DNA of 64,000 bases, from the sequence record NC_062581.1; one strand, given 5' to 3'. Below, piece by piece: positions 58,405 through 64,000 of this stretch (within the stretch, counting starts at the first letter, position 1; each line of letters opens with the position of its first letter). The translations under genes were made by a program, and so were the position numbers. The notes under the pieces were generated by a model. It searched no databases, was not told where the DNA came from, and saw only the letters and a list, made by a program, of their open reading frames with translations.

Positions 58405-60213
58405 TTATTCATTGCTATTTACTTTTACACCAGTGATGGATTTCTCAATCCAACGCATCAAACCAGTAGCCATTGATTCTACAAGATCCCAATAAGCATA
58501 TTGGTTCTGGAAAAACAATTCCACAAAGTATTCTTGAATTCCATCTACCTCATCGTACAACTTAAGTAATGCTTCTTTTAGTTGTTTGTCATTTACATCA
58601 CGAATAAGGTGCATTCTTTTGTAATCAATGTGCATAGGAAAACTACCCATTGATAAACCAATGTATTCATCACGTGCTTTGATGAGTTCGATTACTGTAT
58701 TAGTAGCAGCTTTAACACCAGCAATATCTAAACTAGGTAATTCAACTTCGGCATCGTCATCTAAGAAGTTATTAGGTTCTTTGTGATCAACGTCAAAATC
58801 TAATTCTTCAAAGTTAGCTGATTTTAATAGCTTCTCGACTTGCTCTGTATTTGCACCCTTAACATTGCCTTCCGTAATAAGTACTATAGCTGCACTGATT
58901 GGTTTTGCCCAAGCATCAGTTTTAGTACCGTTATGTTTACCGGTACGTTCCAATTCTTCTTTAATGCGTTTAACCACGGGTTGGTAATTGCCATCCATAG
59001 CTGCATCAGGAAAACGAACTGTAACTTTACCTGCAGTGATTGTTTGTTTCTTCAACCAACTATCATTGAGTAAAGTATCTTTTAATTTATCAATGGAATG
59101 CTTATCTACAGATTCATCTACGGCTAGTTCTTTAGGCTTAGCTTTAAAGAGATCTTTTAAAGCATCAATCAAACCCTCGTTAGAAACTATGTGTTGTTCA
59201 TTAGCAACTGTAGCCTTACCACCTTTAATAGAACGTTCCATGTAAATAACTGCGGCGATACATGTAGCGCTAAATTGACGCGATCCTTGCAATGCTTCTT
59301 GAATACCACTATGCGACAATTTTTCCAACACACGGGTAGTTAGCTTTTCCCAAGCTTGTGAATTATAAGACTCACTTTCTAGGTCATTGCGTACAATTTC
59401 AAAATGGGCTTCTGAGAAACCACCTAATCCTTGGTCTAACTCATCATTTTGATTTTCAATCCGGGCAACGTCTGTTTTTATACATGTTAATATTGCCGTG
59501 GCTAATTCCAACATGGCTTCTGTGCTAAGAGGGGATGCTGTTGGTTCACCTTTACTCGGCAACAGATTTGTTTTAGTGCGTGTAGGTTTCTTAATGACAT
59601 CTAAAACGTTTGGAATTGTATTCAATGCTTCCGAAGTCTTTTCGTATGCTTTGTCCGTAAGTTTACGTGCATCCCACAATTTTAAAACAGGTTGCAAATG
59701 TTTAATTACTTCTAACTGCGCACGGTCTACAGCTTGAGCAAAGGATAGATTAATAGCAAATGTCTCTTGTACACTGCTCACTAAATTCTTTAGATTCAGA
59801 TCTTCTAACAAGTCAGAAACTTTTACATCGTGTTTAACTGGCGTTTGTTTATCTAACCATTCTTTGGACGCAAACGTACCTTCAATTGTTTTATGGATCT
59901 TGCCAATGCTTGCACTAGCATTACCATCAATCTCAATAAACTTCTTACCACGGTTATGAATACCAAACAACTTTCTTACCGATTCAATAACCCCTTCATT
60001 AGAAACAGTATCTTCTGGATCGACGATAGTTATTTCTTTATGTTGTTCTGTATCGTCTGTTACTCGCCCGCCCCCAGCGTTAGAATGTAACTCACGGGTT
60101 GTACCATCTTCGTCATCTGGTACGTGTGGACGATTACCTGGGTCCTCACGAGTACCCGGTTCATTAAGAGGGGGCTTACCCTCAGTTTCTTCCATCCAGT
60201 CGTATACGTTCAT
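58405..60213 (-). CDS. Internal head/virion protein with S-x-E processing sites (tandem two-domain)
   Basis: Acidic propeptide then VSNE|GVIESVRKLFG; internal VSNE|GLIDALKDLFK; ends NSNE*. Confidence 0.75.
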   Translation of the reverse strand: MNVYDWMEETEGKPPLNEPGTREDPGNRPHVPDDEDGTTRELHSNAGGGRVTDDTEQHKEITIVDPEDTVSNEGVIESVRKLFGIHNRGKKFIEIDGNASASIGKIHKTIEGTFASKEWLDKQTPVKHDVKVSDLLEDLNLKNLVSSVQETFAINLSFAQAVDRAQLEVIKHLQPVLKLWDARKLTDKAYEKTSEALNTIPNVLDVIKKPTRTKTNLLPSKGEPTASPLSTEAMLELATAILTCIKTDVARIENQNDELDQGLGGFSEAHFEIVRNDLESESYNSQAWEKLTTRVLEKLSHSGIQEALQGSRQFSATCIAAVIYMERSIKGGKATVANEQHIVSNEGLIDALKDLFKAKPKELAVDESVDKHSIDKLKDTLLNDSWLKKQTITAGKVTVRFPDAAMDGNYQPVVKRIKEELERTGKHNGTKTDAWAKPISAAIVLITEGNVKGANTEQVEKLLKSANFEELDFDVDHKEPNNFLDDDAEVELPSLDIAGVKAATNTVIELIKARDEYIGLSMGSFPMHIDYKRMHLIRDVNDKQLKEALLKLYDEVDGIQEYFVELFFQNQYAYWDLVESMATGLMRWIEKSITGVKVNSNE

Positions 60214-60264
60214 TGCAGTTCCTTGGTGTGTTTGTGTTGTGATATAAGATTGAGGCGAACAAAT

Positions 60265-60284
60265 GGCTTCCCCTAGGGGAAGCC
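60265..60284. terminator. Intrinsic terminator after nrdB
   Basis: GGCTTCCC-CTAG-GGGAAGCC. Confidence 0.8.
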
Positions 60285-60293
60285 AATATGTCG

Positions 60294-61511
60294 TTATGCC
60301 GGTACCACTTCTTTTGGCTGATAGTCTTTCAACAGAGCCATATCAAAACCAGGAATAGCAAATTCAAAGGTTGCGTTCTCATCACGACGTGTCAACAGAT
60401 TCGTCATGTAATCACCTTTCTTTTCTTCTTGTGCAGAAGCTTGTGTAGCGGAGATCTGAATGTACTTGGTCATGTAAGGAAGAGGGTTCTTCTCAGGCCA
60501 TTCAAATGGGAAACCAGAGATTTGCTCAAAGTCCCAATCAAACCGGAAGAAGATGTCATCTTTAACGCCCAAGAATTCTGCTGCTGCTTTAGCGTTAAAC
60601 AGAACCCATTGAATCAAAGACTTGGCAGTAACACCTGTCAGTTCACGACCTTCTGAGAACAGGTAAGTAGCCCATTCAACTTCAGTGCGAATAACTTCCC
60701 ACAACAAACGGACAATCTTATCTTTACATTGTTCGTACGCAATCTTACCACGTTCAGTAGCAAGTTCTGCTCGCAGTACATGTTGACCGAATTGTGCATG
60801 GATCTCAAATTCATCAATTGCGATCTTTTGGACTGCTTTAGTAATCTGTTGGAACAGACCAGTACGACCAATGGCAAAGGTTACAGCAAACGATGCCATG
60901 AACTGGATACGTTCCAAGAAGTACAATGCAATCAAGAACATGAAAATATCGTTATATGTTTCTTGGGTGTTACCTACTTCACCAAGACCATACTGCAATG
61001 ATGTTTTCAATGCACGAGACATTACATCGGAGACTACGGTCATCCGAGAGTGTGCTTCTTCTACTTTCAGAATCTCTTCACGAATCTCATCCGGATCATC
61101 AAAAGAACCACGAACGATTTCAGAATACGTCAACGCGTGAACACATTCGTTTTCAGAGATACGGTTATAGCCAGTCCAGATACGGCCATCAGTTACAACG
61201 TTACCCAGAATGGTTACAATCGAACGAGAGGCGACCGAGTCTGCTTCCCATTGCCATGCTAGGGTTTTAATCATCATGTCGTAGATCGACTTGTCAGCTG
61301 CTTTGAATTCAGCATTACAAGAAGAGAAGTCGAATTCTAGTTCATCCCAATCCAGCGAACGAAGACGCTTGTACAATGCCCAAGCTTCTGGATGGTTGTG
61401 TGTAATGGAGTCAAGCAAACCTGGATCTTCACCCAAGATGATGCTGTAGGAACCGTAGTCCCCTTTACTCAAGTTAAAAATCTTTGAAGACGTATCTGCA
61501 ACAGTAGTCAT
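60294..61511 (-). CDS. nrdB: Ribonucleotide reductase class Ia beta subunit
   Basis: Metal ligands WEADS, ENECVHALTY (radical Tyr), LERIQFMASF and DEFEIH; likely start MTTVADT at 61511. Confidence 0.93.
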   Translation of the reverse strand: MTTVADTSSKIFNLSKGDYGSYSIILGEDPGLLDSITHNHPEAWALYKRLRSLDWDELEFDFSSCNAEFKAADKSIYDMMIKTLAWQWEADSVASRSIVTILGNVVTDGRIWTGYNRISENECVHALTYSEIVRGSFDDPDEIREEILKVEEAHSRMTVVSDVMSRALKTSLQYGLGEVGNTQETYNDIFMFLIALYFLERIQFMASFAVTFAIGRTGLFQQITKAVQKIAIDEFEIHAQFGQHVLRAELATERGKIAYEQCKDKIVRLLWEVIRTEVEWATYLFSEGRELTGVTAKSLIQWVLFNAKAAAEFLGVKDDIFFRFDWDFEQISGFPFEWPEKNPLPYMTKYIQISATQASAQEEKKGDYMTNLLTRRDENATFEFAIPGFDMALLKDYQPKEVVPA

Positions 61512-61561
61512 GTATATTTTCCAATTAGGGTGTTGTGGGTGACCGAAGCCACCCAGTCTAT

Positions 61562-63847
61562 TCAGAGGGAGCAAGCACCACTGGCACAGCCAGCATCTTC
61601 AGTTGTGTTAGCAAACGCAGACACACCACCATTCAAGTTTGCACCAGCAACGATTTCAACGTTGTGGTAGTAACGAGTTTTCTGACCTACGTGGTTCATG
61701 TACAACCAATCGTCAATCAGTTCGTTCGAATAGATGTGTTCTTGACCTGGAAGGATTCGACGGAACAAGTCAGCAGAGATACCACCATCAGTCCATTTCT
61801 GCCAGATGCCGTATCCATCAATTTGACGACGTGTTGGAATTTCCCAAGCCAGTTCATATTCGTATTCAGGATCATCGCTGAACGGAGCAGCCCACTGAAT
61901 GGTAATGTTGTTGTCTGTCTTGATGATAGTCAATGCACGAACGGCGTAGATTGAGTTAGCGCCACCCAGTGCTTTAGACGAAGCTTCGCCTGGCATGAAT
62001 GCACCCAATACAGAGTGAGCCAACCCACCAGCTTTGATGATCAGTTTACGCAGTGGTTCCCAGTCTTGTTCGTTAACAAAACCACCAGCAACAACGGTAT
62101 CAATGTTACGGTTGTAAGTATCGAGAGGCAACCAACCTTGAGGCCACTTGGTCTTATGAATCCATGGAGCCAACCCACGCTCTTCAACAATACGTAGCGA
62201 TGCTTTGATCAAGCAATACATGTGGCGTTCTGCAAGACGGTGCATCTCACGCAAACCTTCTTCCGAAGAATAACGCAGTTTACGTTTGGCCATGTGGGTA
62301 GCCAGACCCATGATACCAACACCAGCGGAGCGTCGAGATTTAGCAGTCAGTTCCAAATGCGGGAAAGCATATTCGGAATTGTCAATACAGTAGTCAATCA
62401 TCTTCAATGCATAGTAAGAAACTTCTTCATAACGCTCTTGGGTATGAATGTTGTTTACTACAATTGCAGCCAACGAACAAGTAGCAATTTCACCACGGCC
62501 ATGATCTTCAGTTGAGTGCAGATCTTGCATCGAGTAATACGGTGCCGTCGGTTGGCAGATTTCCAAACACAGGTTAGACGACAAGATTGGATCAAGGAAA
62601 GGCGTGTGCCGATTGATCTCAGTCATGTTAGCCCAGTAAGCTGTACCGGTTTCAATACCTTCGTTCAGTGCAGTCAATACAACTTTACGTGCGTTGACGT
62701 AAACTTTCTTGAATGCTGGATCTTTCTCGTACTGCATGTACAGATTAATAAACTTGGAGATATCGCCATCATAGAAAGCAGTGTGTAGATCTGGAGCAGT
62801 GTAGATGTTCCAGGTCATCATCTCTCTGTCATTTGCAACCAACCATGCGGTAAAGGTGTTGGTCATCATGGCGTAATGCAGGTCACGGTTCTTTTTGTCG
62901 TCAGTCGACTTAGGGTTCCGCAAACGGGAGATGGTTTCTACTTCTGGGTCAAAGACGTTGTAGTACAATGAAATTGCACCGCCACGACCGTTCTGTGTGT
63001 TAGCACGAACAGCTTTACCTTGAGCAGCAATGTACGGCAGTTTACCTTGGTGTTTGATCAGACCGTTACGAACTGGATCGTTCAAAGAACGAGTAATCAA
63101 GTTAACGCCAATGCCTGCAGCTTTCTGTGTCATCACGTTAGCAATGTAATCACCAACTGCTAGCGATACGCCATTATCACCGGAAGCAAACAAGCAGCAC
63201 GATGCAAAGCCTTTAAGGACAGTACCCAGGTTAACGTAGTTAGGTGTTGGTGCAGACAGTTCCCGTTGCGAGAACATCTCGTACCAATTCTTAACATGTT
63301 TCATACGTACATTAGCTGGCTCTTTCTCAGCCAATGCCATAGCCATACGCATGTAAGTGAACTGAGGTGTTTCATATTCTTTCTTGGTAACACGGTTCAT
63401 CAGGGAATACTTCTGACGAATGTGATGCAAAGCAAAGTGTGGTGAATCCAAGTCTAGATCGTGATTGATCAGTTTTTCTAGTTGTGCATATTCACGAGTA
63501 GAGTAATCCAACTTAACCATTACTTTGTCAGCACGCATCCGAGTGTGCAGTGCTTTAATGCTTGGGATACCATCCAGGCTGTAAATCTTCTTGCGTACAC
63601 TTACTGCATACAAACGACCAGCTGCTACATAAGCTGACCAGGTTTCCATATCCAGCAGTCGATTGATAAGTGCTTGTTGGAATTCTTGAGAGTGGACTTT
63701 CTCTGGCAGTTCAGCAACTGTATCCATTACAACAGATGCCCAGTCGATATTGTGCAGGTTCTTAGAGAACCACTCACCCCAACCGTTGGCTTTATGAGCC
63801 ATGTAGGGTTCTTCAGTGCCGTCCAACTTGATGATTGTCTTGATCAT
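61562..63847 (-). CDS. nrdA: Ribonucleotide reductase class I alpha subunit
   Basis: N-terminal ATP-cone-like MIKTIIKLDG; ETPQFTYMR, PTPNYVN, ASCC, SSNLCLEI, CSLAAI and C-terminal CASGACSL. Confidence 0.95.
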   Translation of the reverse strand: MIKTIIKLDGTEEPYMAHKANGWGEWFSKNLHNIDWASVVMDTVAELPEKVHSQEFQQALINRLLDMETWSAYVAAGRLYAVSVRKKIYSLDGIPSIKALHTRMRADKVMVKLDYSTREYAQLEKLINHDLDLDSPHFALHHIRQKYSLMNRVTKKEYETPQFTYMRMAMALAEKEPANVRMKHVKNWYEMFSQRELSAPTPNYVNLGTVLKGFASCCLFASGDNGVSLAVGDYIANVMTQKAAGIGVNLITRSLNDPVRNGLIKHQGKLPYIAAQGKAVRANTQNGRGGAISLYYNVFDPEVETISRLRNPKSTDDKKNRDLHYAMMTNTFTAWLVANDREMMTWNIYTAPDLHTAFYDGDISKFINLYMQYEKDPAFKKVYVNARKVVLTALNEGIETGTAYWANMTEINRHTPFLDPILSSNLCLEICQPTAPYYSMQDLHSTEDHGRGEIATCSLAAIVVNNIHTQERYEEVSYYALKMIDYCIDNSEYAFPHLELTAKSRRSAGVGIMGLATHMAKRKLRYSSEEGLREMHRLAERHMYCLIKASLRIVEERGLAPWIHKTKWPQGWLPLDTYNRNIDTVVAGGFVNEQDWEPLRKLIIKAGGLAHSVLGAFMPGEASSKALGGANSIYAVRALTIIKTDNNITIQWAAPFSDDPEYEYELAWEIPTRRQIDGYGIWQKWTDGGISADLFRRILPGQEHIYSNELIDDWLYMNHVGQKTRYYHNVEIVAGANLNGGVSAFANTTEDAGCASGACSL

Positions 63848-64000
63848 TTTTCTACCATGAGTGACTGTGTGTGATATCGAAATACCAGAGCTTTAAACAT
63901 AAACTTAGGGCTATCAGTATTTCTCAACTTTGTCTCTTTGGGAAGATTTTACCTCCCCGTCGCATAGTATGTTAGAGGACTGCTAAGAGCAAAGGAGGGA

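Noticed and set aside
60294-63847. Introns or inteins in nrdA/nrdB
   Set aside because: Both ORFs are continuous, of normal length, and lack C/S...HN intein signatures.
287-63874. Numerous opposite-strand ORFs nested in long genes (e.g. 287-733, 1388-1867, 41902-42372, 60288-60656)
   Set aside because: Antisense shadows of codon-biased genes, with no RBS and no recognisable motifs.
1-64000. CRISPR array, IS element or integrase
   Set aside because: No regularly spaced direct repeats, terminal inverted repeats with a transposase, or recombinase motifs were seen.

Overview
This 64-kb window looks like part of a phiKZ-like (nucleus-forming, Chimalliviridae-type) Pseudomonas jumbo phage genome. 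Support comes from repeated CTATATTAC early-promoter motifs, S/A-x-E-processed virion proteins, a PL7 alginate lyase and dense small ORFs; the taxonomy is inference. Positions 1-40.7 kb are transcribed on + (NAMPT, ThyA, Rnl2-like RNA ligase, then about 90 small accessory ORFs). Positions 40.8-64 kb are on - (RtcB, RlmN-like radical SAM, a tRNA/ncRNA cluster at 48-55 kb with two HNH endonucleases, virion proteins, NrdB/NrdA). Most notable: (1) three circularly permuted tRNA-like RNAs (T arm, closed acceptor hairpin, D arm, open at the anticodon; one with a bulged-C outer helix like YrlA/Y RNAs), plus an extended-anticodon tRNA-like RNA, two tRNA 5' halves and non-canonical tRNA-Asn/Tyr, all in a genome with two RNA ligases; (2) a ~770-nt ORF-free, highly base-paired RNA and several stand-alone promoter-sRNA-terminator units sharing an AATACT-N6-GTAATA(G/A)T promoter; (3) nine small proteins ending in a protein-level-conserved [WFY]xxx[IV]N[ST]-COOH tail. 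All structures were paired by eye; no database searches or folding programs were run.
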